DNA of 64,000 nt from Candidatus Saccharimonadia bacterium (GCA_035544015.1 DATKIP010000093.1:65156-129155); one strand, 5' to 3'; counted from the stretch's first letter, positions 1 to 9,565 are shown. Numbers and translations are program-made. Notes: a model not told the origin generated them from the sequence alone.

Positions 1-1811
1 CGGAGCACGTCACTGCGCTTATAGCCGCAATACTTGAGATCGCTGGCCATGGCCAAGAAATAGGGCAGCGCCGCCAGCAGTACCAGCGGGCTCAGCAGTC
101 GGCCGTCATACGGGTACGCCAGCAAAAAGATCAGGCCAAAGCTGGCCCACGCGATCGACGCCATGTAGTTGAGCCGCAGCAGCACCTCGGTGCGCGATAC
201 AAACTCATTGCGGCGTTTGCGCTCGCGAATAGTGGCCCACAGCTTGGGCAAAATCAGCAAGCCGCCATTGGCCCAGCGCCGCCGCTGCACAATCAGCGAA
301 CCAAAGTCCGGCGGCGTGGCGCTATAGCTCAGCCGCTCCGGGTAGTTGGTGAGCGTCCAGCCGTGCAGCGCCAGGTCCACACTCGACTCCGTGTCTTCGA
401 TCACCGTGCGGTCTTGAATGAACCGCCGAATCGCAAATCCGCCGACCCACTCCGTCTCGGCAATGTCCTCCAGCGCCTGCTTGCGAATGACCGCATTTGC
501 CCCCACCCAAAACGTCGCGCCAAAGTGGCTCATGCCCTGATGCAAAATATGCTGAATGTCGGTCGTAGCCGCGGCCAATCGCTCGATCCGCGTAGCCGCG
601 CCCCGAAACGACGAATACGGCGTCTGCGTCACCGCCACCCGGGCATTGCCAGGTTGCTGCAAAAAGTAAACCAGGCGCAAGCAGTAGTCGCGTAGCAGAA
701 TCGAATCCGCATCCAGCGTCAAAATAAATTCACTATCCGGCACCACCACATCACCCGGCTGGCGGCGGCTCGTCGGCACCAGCGCCGGACCATCCGGCGT
801 CGGCATCGAGCGGTACGTGCCGCCCATGAGGCCGATGTACGAGTTGAGGTTCATGGCCTTGTTGGCCTCGTGCGACAACGACGCATATTGCTTGCGCTCA
901 AATACCGAGATTTCGGCCTCAAAAATCCAAGCCAGCCGCCGGTATAGCTGGTGCACGCGGCTCGCCGCCAGCGGCGCCCCTTCGCGGCAAGAGGCCGTCA
1001 GTGCATCCGCCGTCAGACGCAGCTCAGCTGCCAAACTGCGCAGCACCTGGTCGCCGAAAAACACATCCACATGATCCTCAATGTCCTCCGCATCAGCCAA
1101 CCTCGTCAGCCAGTCCGCCGCCCAGGTATAATGCCCGGCCAGATCCATCACCGTCATAAAGTTGGCAAATTTCGCCTTCGATTGCTTGCGCTCAAAGCGA
1201 GCCAGCGCCCCACCAAACCGTTCGCGCGGCTCTGTGAAGAGTTCCATAATGTCGCCCCCCAACGCCCGAGTCGCCTCGAGCTGCGCGGCCGCCACGGGGT
1301 CTTTGGAGTTGGGTTTGTCGTCCACGAGCAGTACCACGCGCATCCCCGGATACTCCTGAAGAGCCGCCGACATGAGCGTCTTGCGAATTACCCCCGTCTC
1401 CTCGCTATAGGAAGGCACCAGAACCGTGATCGACGATTGCACCTGCGAGAAATGCCGGTCCAGTTCAGCTCGCGGCACGCGCACGTGTTTGCCAAAACGC
1501 TGCAGCGCGCCCTGGCGAGCTATCAAATACATCAAGGCCGAGAAGGTCAAAAACGTCACCACCACCAGGTAGCTCAGGGCCTGCATCATAAATTGAAAAC
1601 TGTGCGGGCCGTCAAAGAATTGGCGAATAATAGTCGACACCACATACGCGGCCCACAGGCCGATCGTCAAAACGATCGCCAAACGACTAAACGTCATTTT
1701 GCGCGTCGAAGGCCGGTCATGGACAATCGAAAGCGGCAGCGTCCGCCGCTCCGCGCCCCACTGCCGCTTTCGCAGCCGTTGTTTTTCAGTTTTTAGGCCT
1801 GGCTTAGCCAA
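1..1811 (-). CDS. GT2 processive glycosyltransferase (cellulose-synthase-like), 3' end outside window
   Basis: Not in ORF track because it runs off the edge. Read manually from TTG at 1811 (AAGGA upstream): N-terminal TM helices, VLVPSYSEE, LDADS (DxD), IEDT, QRRRW; same frame at base 3. Confidence 0.85.
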   Translation of the reverse strand, partial: MAKPGLKTEKQRLRKRQWGAERRTLPLSIVHDRPSTRKMTFSRLAIVLTIGLWAAYVVSTIIRQFFDGPHSFQFMMQALSYLVVVTFLTFSALMYLIARQGALQRFGKHVRVPRAELDRHFSQVQSSITVLVPSYSEETGVIRKTLMSAALQEYPGMRVVLLVDDKPNSKDPVAAAQLEATRALGGDIMELFTEPRERFGGALARFERKQSKAKFANFMTVMDLAGHYTWAADWLTRLADAEDIEDHVDVFFGDQVLRSLAAELRLTADALTASCREGAPLAASRVHQLYRRLAWIFEAEISVFERKQYASLSHEANKAMNLNSYIGLMGGTYRSMPTPDGPALVPTSRRQPGDVVVPDSEFILTLDADSILLRDYCLRLVYFLQQPGNARVAVTQTPYSSFRGAATRIERLAAATTDIQHILHQGMSHFGATFWVGANAVIRKQALEDIAETEWVGGFAIRRFIQDRTVIEDTESSVDLALHGWTLTNYPERLSYSATPPDFGSLIVQRRRWANGGLLILPKLWATIRERKRRNEFVSRTEVLLRLNYMASIAWASFGLIFLLAYPYDGRLLSPLVLLAALPYFLAMASDLKYCGYKRSDVL

Positions 1812-1995
1812 ATTAACGTTCCTTAAGGTCAAGGATTACATTTATAACACATATCATTATTTTTTACAATACATTACGACAAAAACACCCAAAAAACACA
1901 AGAAAAACGCGCCGGCGGCTGGCGCAGCCTCGCGGGCAGGCTGGCACTGAGCGCCAATTGAGCGGATAATACCAGCATAAAACGAGGCAGCCATC

Positions 1996-2184
1996 ATGAA
2001 GGAACACAGTCATAAAGTCGCAAACGCCGGCGGCGGGGGCGTCTACGGCCTGGGCCTCATCGGGGCTCTCGTTTACTATCTGCAGCACGCTGCTTCATTT
2101 GGTGATGGCGTTCTCGGTATTTTGAAGGCCATCTTCTGGCCGGCGTTCCTGGTGTACCACCTGCTAGCACACCTCCAACTATAA
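1996..2184 (+). CDS. small membrane protein (62 aa)
   Basis: GAGG RBS; two hydrophobic segments (VYGLGLIGALVYY, ILKAIFWPAFLVY). Confidence 0.7.
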   Translation: MKEHSHKVANAGGGGVYGLGLIGALVYYLQHAASFGDGVLGILKAIFWPAFLVYHLLAHLQL

Positions 2185-2204
2185 CGAGGGAGTATAATTT
2201 CATC

Positions 2205-3470
2205 ATGAAGCAAAACCCCCAACGGGTGCAAAATGTGTATCTCGTGCTCACCCTGCTGAGTACCCTCGCCGCCTCGTTCATTTGGGGCGTCAACACGCTA
2301 TTTTTGCTCGACGCAGGCTTGAGCATCACCGCCGCCTTCGCCGCCAACGCGCTGTTTTCGGCCGGCCAGGTTATTTTTGAAATTCCCACCGGCGTTGTCG
2401 CCGACACCATGGGCCGCCGCACGTCGTATCTGCTCGGCACACTCACGCTAGGCGTCTCCACCTTGCTCTATCTGTGGGCTTGGCAAGCGCATGCGCCGTT
2501 TTGGGCCTGGGCCGTCACCTCCGTGCTGTTGGGTCTGGGCTTTACCTTTTTCTCGGGCGCCACCGAGGCCTGGCTGGTTGATGCGCTCCATGCCACCGGC
2601 TACACCGGCACGCTCGAGGCCGTATTCGCGCGCGGCCAGATCGTGGGCGGCATCGCCATGCTCACCGGCTCCGTGGCCGGTGGCCTCGTGGCCCAGGCTA
2701 CCAACCTCGGCGTGCCCTACATTTTGCGCTCTGCCGCCTTGCTTGCCACCTTTGGCGTGGCCCTCGTGTATATGCGCGATCTGGGCTTCACGCCAGTGAA
2801 GGGCGAGCGGGCCGTCAAAAATATTAAGAATATCCTGAGCGCCTCCCTCGAAAACGGCCTCAAAAAACCACCCGTACGCTGGGTAATGCTCACCGCACCT
2901 TTCTCGGCTGGTGTGGGCATTTACGGCTTTTACGCCATGCAGCCGTATTTGCTCCAGCTCTTCGGCAATCCCCACGCCTACGGCATCGCCGGGCTCGCCG
3001 CTTCGATCGTGGCCGGCGCCCAGATCTTGGGCGGCCTCACGGTGCCGTTCGTGCGCCGCCGCTTCGGCCGCCGCACCACGCTGCTCATGACCGGCATCGT
3101 CGGCAGCGCCGTGGTGTTGGCGCTCATTGGGCTCACCCACGTGTTCTGGCTAGCAGTGTTGCTGCTCATTGTGTGGGGCCTCATCTTTGCCGCCGGCTCA
3201 CCCATTCGCCAGGCCTACCTCAACGGCCTCATTCCCTCGCAGCAGCGCGCCACCGTGCTGTCGTTCGACAACCTCATGGGCTCGGCCGGTTCGGTCTTTA
3301 CCCAGCCGGCGCTCGGTAAGACCGCCGACATTTGGGGCTACGGCCTGTCATATGTCTTTGCCGCGGTGGTGCAAATTATGGCGTTGCCGTTTTTGGTGCT
3401 GGCGCGCCGCACTCATCCCGCCTCCGACCCCATCGTTCCTGAATCCGCCTCCAAAAAGACCGCCTCGTAA
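2205..3470 (+). CDS. MFS transporter
   Basis: About 12 TM segments; motif A (GVVADTMGRR); TATAAT 6 nt before ATG. Confidence 0.9.
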   Translation: MKQNPQRVQNVYLVLTLLSTLAASFIWGVNTLFLLDAGLSITAAFAANALFSAGQVIFEIPTGVVADTMGRRTSYLLGTLTLGVSTLLYLWAWQAHAPFWAWAVTSVLLGLGFTFFSGATEAWLVDALHATGYTGTLEAVFARGQIVGGIAMLTGSVAGGLVAQATNLGVPYILRSAALLATFGVALVYMRDLGFTPVKGERAVKNIKNILSASLENGLKKPPVRWVMLTAPFSAGVGIYGFYAMQPYLLQLFGNPHAYGIAGLAASIVAGAQILGGLTVPFVRRRFGRRTTLLMTGIVGSAVVLALIGLTHVFWLAVLLLIVWGLIFAAGSPIRQAYLNGLIPSQQRATVLSFDNLMGSAGSVFTQPALGKTADIWGYGLSYVFAAVVQIMALPFLVLARRTHPASDPIVPESASKKTAS

Positions 3471-3503
3471 GAAGCGGTCTTTTCCATACGAACGAGCGCG
3501 TAG

Positions 3504-4433
3504 CTACAGATCGTTGTGGTGCGCCATGCAGTATGCGTCGCGGTTGGCTGTCTGCTGAGCGGTGTTGGTGGTCGCTAGCTTGAGCGCGTTGGCCGCGGCC
3601 GTAGATTGGGCATCAATCTGGGCTGCCACCAGCTGGTATAGCAACGGATTGTGCGTATCCACGGCCAATTTTAGCTGCTCAGCATTGCGCCAGGCCAGCT
3701 CGCGCCACCCTGCTACCAACTGGTAGTCGATGGTGCTAAAAGGCGGCGTGTTGAGGACGGCCGGCTGCCCGATTGCCGGGTCAAATCGCCGTGCTGCCTC
3801 CGCAATAGTGGGCACCTGCGCGGCCGCCAGCCACACATTATCTTTGTCGTAGTCGCCCTTGGCGCTCACGCCGTCCGGATAGGCAAGTCCCATTTCGAGC
3901 AGCGTGTAGGGCTCATCGTGCAAAATGTGCGCCGCCAGAGCAATAAACGCGTCCCCGAGGCCGCTCACTTGCTTCTGGTCGGCAGCCGCAAACGCCACCC
4001 GCCAGGCCGGTGCTACTTGGGCCGTATTGCCCGCCCGCCAGGCTTGATACTGCCGGCTATAGTAGCCCGCAAATACCGCATCTTCCTGGTTCAAATATTG
4101 CGGATTGTGGAAAAACGTGGAGTCATTTTGGGTGGTCCGAAACGCCTGCGTAATCCGCCAGTACACAAAATTAAACACTAAATTGTGATCACAGCTAGCG
4201 ATCAGCGGATCAAGCTGCGCCTGCTGGGCCGCAATCGTGGCGTCCACACACGTGATGCTGCCAGTAGGGCAGGCCGTCGCCGTGCTCGGGCTCCAGCCGA
4301 TCGGCGCCGGCAAGAGCAGGCCCGTCCACGGCGACGGGTCGGCCAACGCGTGCGCCGTGCCAAAGGGCATCAGCAGCGAAGCCATCACCGACACGCCGGC
4401 GGTTAAAATCTTAATGCGAGGCCAAAATCTCAT
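3504..4433 (-). CDS. exported protein, DUF5995-like
   Basis: Signal peptide ending AHA-LA; F..YY, PAW.VAF and AHI.HD.P pattern resembles DUF5995. Confidence 0.6.
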   Translation of the reverse strand: MRFWPRIKILTAGVSVMASLLMPFGTAHALADPSPWTGLLLPAPIGWSPSTATACPTGSITCVDATIAAQQAQLDPLIASCDHNLVFNFVYWRITQAFRTTQNDSTFFHNPQYLNQEDAVFAGYYSRQYQAWRAGNTAQVAPAWRVAFAAADQKQVSGLGDAFIALAAHILHDEPYTLLEMGLAYPDGVSAKGDYDKDNVWLAAAQVPTIAEAARRFDPAIGQPAVLNTPPFSTIDYQLVAGWRELAWRNAEQLKLAVDTHNPLLYQLVAAQIDAQSTAAANALKLATTNTAQQTANRDAYCMAHHNDL

Positions 4434-4567
4434 ACAAAACTCCTTTGTTACCAGGAAATAATACGTATTGCAGTGCGTAGTTAAAAATACCTAGGGGTAC
4501 AAAATTATCAGCCTTTTCTAAGCCAAACTTTGGCACTATGCCTCTGCTAAACGAAAATAACAACAGC

Positions 4568-4602
4568 ATGACCCCGGCCGGAGGGTATCCGGCCGGGGTC
4601 AT
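4568..4602 (-). terminator. GC-rich hairpin downstream of islet 4607-5059
   Basis: Perfect 15-bp stem ATGACCCCGGCCGGA/TCCGGCCGGGGTCAT, followed by T-rich sequence on the minus strand. Confidence 0.75.
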
Positions 4603-4606
4603 CACG

Positions 4607-5059
4607 CTAACGCAGTCGTGGTACGCTAGCGTGATCGGCGCAAACGTAGAGCTCAAGGTTCTCGAGCCCCGCCTGTTCGCCGGGTTTTGCGCCCGTTTGG
4701 ATCCGCGGCACGATCACCCCCTGAGCCCCATTTCCGGCGCTGAAGTCAGAGAAGTACCTCACGAGCTTGGTGTCGTCGTCGGTGTGGCCGGCCTTCACCT
4801 CCAAGATTCTGACGCTCGGTGTCGCGGTAATGTCGTACCTGCTGGCGGCGCCCTTGTTGTTCTCGGTCACGGTGATGACGCCAGCGCCGCTACCGGAAGC
4901 ATCTCCGCGGCCGCCCACCTGCGTGGCGGTGGTGTAGTGCAGCGCGTAGCCGCACGTTCGCTCGTAATTGGGGTGGGGCGCCGGCAAGTGCTGTAGCCCA
5001 ATTAAGCCGCCAACCAGGAGCCCCGCACCTACTGGGGCCCACCGGAAAATGCGCCTCAT
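4607..5059 (-). CDS. orphan membrane-anchored small protein (family A)
   Basis: MRRIFRW + TM, C-x5-Y, second Cys near C-terminus; ATG overlaps the stop of a 20-codon upstream ORF. Confidence 0.7.
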   Translation of the reverse strand: MRRIFRWAPVGAGLLVGGLIGLQHLPAPHPNYERTCGYALHYTTATQVGGRGDASGSGAGVITVTENNKGAASRYDITATPSVRILEVKAGHTDDDTKLVRYFSDFSAGNGAQGVIVPRIQTGAKPGEQAGLENLELYVCADHASVPRLR

Positions 5060-5232
5060 CGCCACCCGCTCACTTCGGCAACCGCGCAACCCGCAATGGC
5101 CGCCAGTGTTCTCTTCACGCCTATCCTTTCGACCGTAGCCCCGCGCCGGGTGCGCGAAACTAGAAATAGCCGCTCGCGAAACGCAAGCTAGGCCATGATA
5201 GGTTATAACTGCCTGGGAATGTGTTTACAAGG

Positions 5233-5733
5233 CTATTTTTCGAACAGCGAGGCTTCATGCGCCGCTTCCAGATCGAGGAGCCAGCGCTTACGCTCGAGGC
5301 CCGCCACGTAGCCGGCCAGACCGCCGTCGGCGCCGAGCACGCGGTGGCAGGGCACCACCACGCACAGCGGATTGCGGCCCACTGCCGTACCCACCGCCCG
5401 CACCGCCCGCGGCCGGTCGATCAGCGCCGCCAGCTGCGAATACGTGGTGTGTTCACCATACGGCGTCGCCGACAGCGCCTCCCACACTGCCCGCTGAAAC
5501 GCCGTCCCCGCCGGCTCGATCGGCAGATCAAACTCCCGCAAACCGCCGGCAAAATACCGCTCAGTTTGCCGCCGCGCCGCTCGCAGCACCGGCTCCTCGG
5601 GCCGCAGTTGCCAATCTGCCGGCACGCCGTCAAAGTAGCGCTGCCCCTCAAAATGCCAGCCGGTCAAAGCCGCCTCATTGCCACTTACGTAGGCATTGCC
5701 GAGCGGCGTCTCAATAATGTCGTAATACGTCAT
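5233..5733 (-). CDS. ogt: methylated-DNA--protein-cysteine methyltransferase
   Basis: GTAFQ..VW, RAVGTA.GRNP, PCHRV active site; start at MTYYDIIETPLG. Confidence 0.93.
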   Translation of the reverse strand: MTYYDIIETPLGNAYVSGNEAALTGWHFEGQRYFDGVPADWQLRPEEPVLRAARRQTERYFAGGLREFDLPIEPAGTAFQRAVWEALSATPYGEHTTYSQLAALIDRPRAVRAVGTAVGRNPLCVVVPCHRVLGADGGLAGYVAGLERKRWLLDLEAAHEASLFEK

Positions 5734-5853
5734 AAAACCCTCACTATCCTCACCATAGTAGTACGCCAGCAGAAGCAGTTCCATGCCATTGACATGCTCC
5801 GCCATCCACGCGACAATTCCGCCTGCGGACTCCCATCGTCGAAACGGGGCACT

Positions 5854-6411
5854 ATGAAGCCAATCAGGTTGGCAATAGCCGCTGGTGTCACCATGGCACT
5901 TCTCGGCGGTACGCAAGCCCGGCCGAGCCATCCGTCGCATGTAACGTCAGGTGGGTTTATCTGCGCCCGGCCGAAGCCACCTCAGGACATCTGTCACAGC
6001 GGCCAGCTGATCGATAGCAACGAGGCCTGTGTCACCGCCGGAGGCAACCCCACCTACCTCGCGCTGGCCAAAGCCTCAACAACGGCCGGCTCACCCGCCG
6101 GGTAAAGGTTGGCAAAAAGTTCCACGCCGTCCGGATTGGTTTCGGGCCTGGCCAGTGGAACGCCCTCTGTAAAGTTGGCATGGCCGAGTCCAAGTTCAAC
6201 CCTAAGGCGGTGAACCCAGACAGTGGAGCGTGCGGGATCGGCCAATCCAAGCCGTGCGGCAAAATGGGGCCGTACAATCACACGACGGGCATCAGCCTCG
6301 TGCCGCCGCGGGAGCAGATCATCTGGATGTTCATCTACATCCACGACCGGCCCGACCAACGCAATCCCGACGGCGCCTGGCGGCACCACGTCGCCTACAA
6401 CTGGTACCTAA
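5854..6411 (+). pseudogene. exported lytic transglycosylase, frameshifted
   Basis: Signal peptide MKPIRLAIAAG in one frame; catalytic domain QWNAL...AESKFNPKAVNPDSGACGIGQ...NWY in another; extra C before TAA at 6409. Confidence 0.7.
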
Positions 6412-6496
6412 CGGGGCAGCAGCCAAATATCCGCCCTATACAGCCAAAATGGTGTATAAACGGTAAGGGTCTATTGTCTACCGAAAGGGGACCCTC

Positions 6497-6916
6497 GTGT
6501 CAAGGGGACAATCAAGGCGCCGTCTGCTCATACCAGGGGCGGTATTCGCGGTTTGTGCGGTGCTCGGCACCCTCGTCGCACTCGGGACCAACAACACCCC
6601 ACCCGCCACCGAACCCTGCCTCTACACCCTCAGCTGGGATCAGCAGGGGCCGGGGAGCGGTTTCACCGGTGACACCGGGCTGTTCACGAGTCTGTCGGGC
6701 CCGTCCGCCGGCACACCCACCGCGCAGCGGACCCTGAAGTTGCAGCCATTGGGCGGCTACCGCGTCGCCGCGGCCCAGCTCTACGACGGCAAGCGGCTCG
6801 GCGACAAGTTGGTGACCGGTACGGGCGTCGGTCAGCTCTATGAGCGGAAGCTTGACGGACACACCACATCGGTGGTCTTCAGCGTCTGCGCCGGCGGCCA
6901 ACCCACCACATCCTGA
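6497..6916 (+). CDS. orphan membrane-anchored small protein (family A)
   Basis: GAAAGG RBS + GTG; TM; C-x5-W; TLKLQPLG; C-terminal VC. Confidence 0.75.
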   Translation: MSRGQSRRRLLIPGAVFAVCAVLGTLVALGTNNTPPATEPCLYTLSWDQQGPGSGFTGDTGLFTSLSGPSAGTPTAQRTLKLQPLGGYRVAAAQLYDGKRLGDKLVTGTGVGQLYERKLDGHTTSVVFSVCAGGQPTTS

Positions 6917-6944
6917 CCCTACGGACACCGCGCCCCAAGAGGGG

Positions 6945-6983
6945 GGACCCTGCGGCGCCGTCCGTGGGGTCCTTTCTCTTTTT
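6945..6983 (+). terminator. intrinsic terminator
   Basis: GGACCCTGCGG/CCGTGGGGTCC stem followed by a T-rich tract. Confidence 0.75.
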
Positions 6984-7059
6984 AGGCTATGTGCCCCTTG
7001 ACAAATCGCCGAAATAGGACATACTCAAGGCTACTTTGCCCTAATCAAGGAGTGCGTTC

Positions 7060-7734
7060 GTGTATTGCATACATTGCGGCTATCGGCTGCATCCCGGCGC
7101 CGCCTTTTGCGCCCGGTGTGGCCGCAAATACCCCGCGCCGGTCCAGCATATGGACATCAAGCCCGTCTTCCGCAAAACCCCCGGTGTTGCCGAATTCGGC
7201 GAGTTCGCGCCGGCCACCTACGTCCCGGCTGCCCCCGCCGCAAACGGCTGGCTCGAAGCCGATGAGCTCCCCGGCCTGCGCCGCGAAGGCGCCATTGCTG
7301 GCTTCATCGTGGCCGCCGCTACCGGCTTCGTAGGTCTCATGGCCATGGCCGGCTTCGATATCTTCGGCGTGGGGCCGTGGAGCCTCATCGACGCCGCCAT
7401 CTTCGCCCTCCTCGGCTTTGGCACGCTCAAAAACAACCGTTTGGCCGCCGCTGCCGCATTCACCCTGTTTTTGGCCGAAACCATCACCGTCTTCGCCGCC
7501 GCCGGCCAAAGCGGCACCACTGTGGGTATCGCCGGCATTATCATTCGCATGCTGCTCGTGCGCAGCTTTTATCGCGGCGTGAAGGGCGTGCTCTCGAGCC
7601 ACCCCGGCCGTTTCTCGCTCCAAGCGGCCGCCGGCGCGCACATTCTCCTCCGCCCGCTGTACCTGCTCACGGCCGGGCTTTCGCTCGCCGGCATTGCGGC
7701 CGGTATCGCACTCAGTAGCCTCGCGGCCCTCTAG
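7060..7734 (+). CDS. zinc-ribbon membrane protein
   Basis: N-terminal CIHCG...CARCG; about 5 TM segments; AAGGAG RBS; TTGACA/CATACT promoter upstream. Confidence 0.75.
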   Translation: MYCIHCGYRLHPGAAFCARCGRKYPAPVQHMDIKPVFRKTPGVAEFGEFAPATYVPAAPAANGWLEADELPGLRREGAIAGFIVAAATGFVGLMAMAGFDIFGVGPWSLIDAAIFALLGFGTLKNNRLAAAAAFTLFLAETITVFAAAGQSGTTVGIAGIIIRMLLVRSFYRGVKGVLSSHPGRFSLQAAAGAHILLRPLYLLTAGLSLAGIAAGIALSSLAAL

Positions 7735-7826
7735 CCGCTATAGGCTTGCCCGCGCCCATAAATGAAGGTATAACCAAACGTGGCGTCCGCGTTTGCGGCG
7801 CTATCCGGACCGAAAGGTGTATACCC

Positions 7827-8186
7827 GTGCGTAGATGGGGAACAGTGGGATTGGTCGCCGTGGTCGTGGTCGGGGCCGCGGCGATTATCGCCACCGGTTA
7901 CAGCAGCACCAAGTGCAATATCAGCACCTCGTGGCAGCGCACCACGAGTGCGGTGTCGAGCGCCGATGCCAGCCGGCTCGAGCTCGCCGTCGACCCGGCT
8001 GGCGGTACCTACACGGTGACGCCAACGGGCGCCAAGATCGCCACCGTCACCATTACGTACACCGACGCCACCGTCGCGACCCGCATCACCGTCAACTCCA
8101 CGGCCGTCTATCACGGCCAGTTGCCGCCGGGCGCCGATTCCGTCACCGCTCGGGGCAGCCGGTGCATCCATCCGTCTCGGCGGTAG
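7827..8186 (+). CDS. orphan membrane-anchored small protein (family A)
   Basis: CGAAAGG RBS + GTG; TM; CNISTSW; aligns with 38292-38660. Confidence 0.78.
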   Translation: MRRWGTVGLVAVVVVGAAAIIATGYSSTKCNISTSWQRTTSAVSSADASRLELAVDPAGGTYTVTPTGAKIATVTITYTDATVATRITVNSTAVYHGQLPPGADSVTARGSRCIHPSRR

Positions 8187-8205
8187 AGGGCCCCTCAGTC
8201 CCTCG

Positions 8206-8239
8206 GGGGCCGGCCGGCCGCAATAGCCCGGCCGGCCCC
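8206..8239. terminator. GC hairpin between convergent genes
   Basis: 12-bp stem GGGGCCGGCCGG/CCGGCCGGCCCC, no U-tract. Confidence 0.6.
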
Positions 8240-8251
8240 AGCTCCCAAACC

Positions 8252-8563
8252 CTAACCCGCGGCGTTGCCCCACGCCCGCATCTGGTCCACGATCGCCGAC
8301 AGCGAGCGGCCCTTGGCCGTGAGGCAATACACTGGATGCGCCTCGCCGCCGCTGCAATCACGGTCGAGCACGCCGTCGGCCTCGAGCTCTTTGAGCCGAA
8401 TCGCCAGCGTGCGCGGCGAGATGCCTTCGAGCGAGGTTTCAAGCTCGCCAAACCGCCGGGGCTGTTCGAGCAAATCGCGAATAATCAACAGCGTCCACTT
8501 GCCGCCGATCACCTCAAGCGCGCGCGTGACACCGCAGGCTTTTGTCTCCCCAGTCGCATTCAT
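8252..8563 (-). CDS. HxlR-family transcriptional regulator
   Basis: C.V..ALEVIGGKW...RRFGEL...ISPRTL..RLKELE...Y.LT.KG. Confidence 0.92.
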   Translation of the reverse strand: MNATGETKACGVTRALEVIGGKWTLLIIRDLLEQPRRFGELETSLEGISPRTLAIRLKELEADGVLDRDCSGGEAHPVYCLTAKGRSLSAIVDQMRAWGNAAG

Positions 8564-8635
8564 GCGCCCATTATACCAGTCTGGCTTGTATGCCGGCCCA
8601 AAAAGACTATGATTTGCGTATAAACAAGGAATAAC

Positions 8636-9034
8636 GTGGTGTTATTCGAAATATCGTTCTGGTGGGTGTTGCTCGCAGCAGTCGTCTACTTTGGCATTGG
8701 CGCGGTGTGGTATTCGCCGGTGATGTTCTCCAAAATGTGGGCAGAAGAAATCAAACGCAAAAAGGCCGACATGACTATGGCGCTGCCGGCCATGGTTACG
8801 ACGTTCGTCACCATACTCGTCTTGGTGGGCGTCGAAGCGTGGTTTGTCACTGCCACCGGCACCTCCGGCTGGATGAACGGTGCGATGCTCGGCTTCAAAT
8901 TATGGCTGGGCTTCGCCGCTACCACCGCGCTCATCAATAGCTCGTTCCAAAACGGATCGATGCGGCTGTATGCCATCGACCAGGGCTATCATCTTATCGG
9001 CATCGCGCTAGCCGGCGCCATTTTGGCTCACTAG
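8636..9034 (+). CDS. DUF1761-like membrane protein
   Basis: IGAVWYSP.MF...W motif, 4 TM, IDQGYH; divergent from the HxlR gene. Confidence 0.8.
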   Translation: MVLFEISFWWVLLAAVVYFGIGAVWYSPVMFSKMWAEEIKRKKADMTMALPAMVTTFVTILVLVGVEAWFVTATGTSGWMNGAMLGFKLWLGFAATTALINSSFQNGSMRLYAIDQGYHLIGIALAGAILAH

Positions 9035-9115
9035 AGCTCGCCAAGGTGCTCGCGCTTGATTTCTGACTCCCGTCGATTATGCTAGCAACAGATATGACAA
9101 CTAGGAGTTACTGAT

Positions 9116-9550
9116 ATGATCATGCCCCGCCTCCTTGCCGGACTCGCCTCCTCCCTGTTCGTATTTGGGTCACTATTTTTCGCTAGTCCGCCGGTGCCCA
9201 ATCGGGTCGATTTGGCCGGCGCGGTGACCACCCAAGCCGCTCACGTTCCCAGCGCCGGGAGCGTTCAGTCCGCCGCTACCGTCGGTCCTGATGCCACCAC
9301 TGCGCCCACGCCGGCCACTTCGCCTGCGCCGGCCGTCGTGCTGCCCTCGTCGGGCCCCACTCCGGCCGCTCAGCCCCAGCCGTCGCCGCAGCCGCTGCCG
9401 GTCATTACACCCCAACCCACGCCCGAACCGACGCCCATCATCAAGCCCGTGCCCGGCGGCACCTGTGGCGGCTGCGGTTCCTGGACCGGTCCCGGCCCGC
9501 ACCCGCTCGTAATGTGCCCCCTCATGACCGACCGCATGTGCCCCAACTAG
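9116..9550 (+). CDS. exported Pro/Thr-rich protein with Cys-rich tail
   Basis: AGGAG RBS; signal/TM; PT-rich linker; CGGC...C...C C-terminus. Confidence 0.7.
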   Translation: MIMPRLLAGLASSLFVFGSLFFASPPVPNRVDLAGAVTTQAAHVPSAGSVQSAATVGPDATTAPTPATSPAPAVVLPSSGPTPAAQPQPSPQPLPVITPQPTPEPTPIIKPVPGGTCGGCGSWTGPGPHPLVMCPLMTDRMCPN

Positions 9551-9565
9551 CGCTATACTAGCGGC

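Noticed and set aside
951-1796. 281-aa plus-strand ORF and similar long antisense ORFs (10476-11654, 17668-19167, 29540-31786, 59105-60616)
   Set aside because: Shadow frames of high-GC genes on the opposite strand; no motifs
5153-5182. CGCGAAAC direct repeat as a LexA-like box
   Set aside because: 22-bp spacing and sequence do not fit GTTC-N7-GTTC; 8 bp could be chance
4607-8186. Family A proteins as type IV pilins
   Set aside because: No G-F-x-x-x-E prepilin motif
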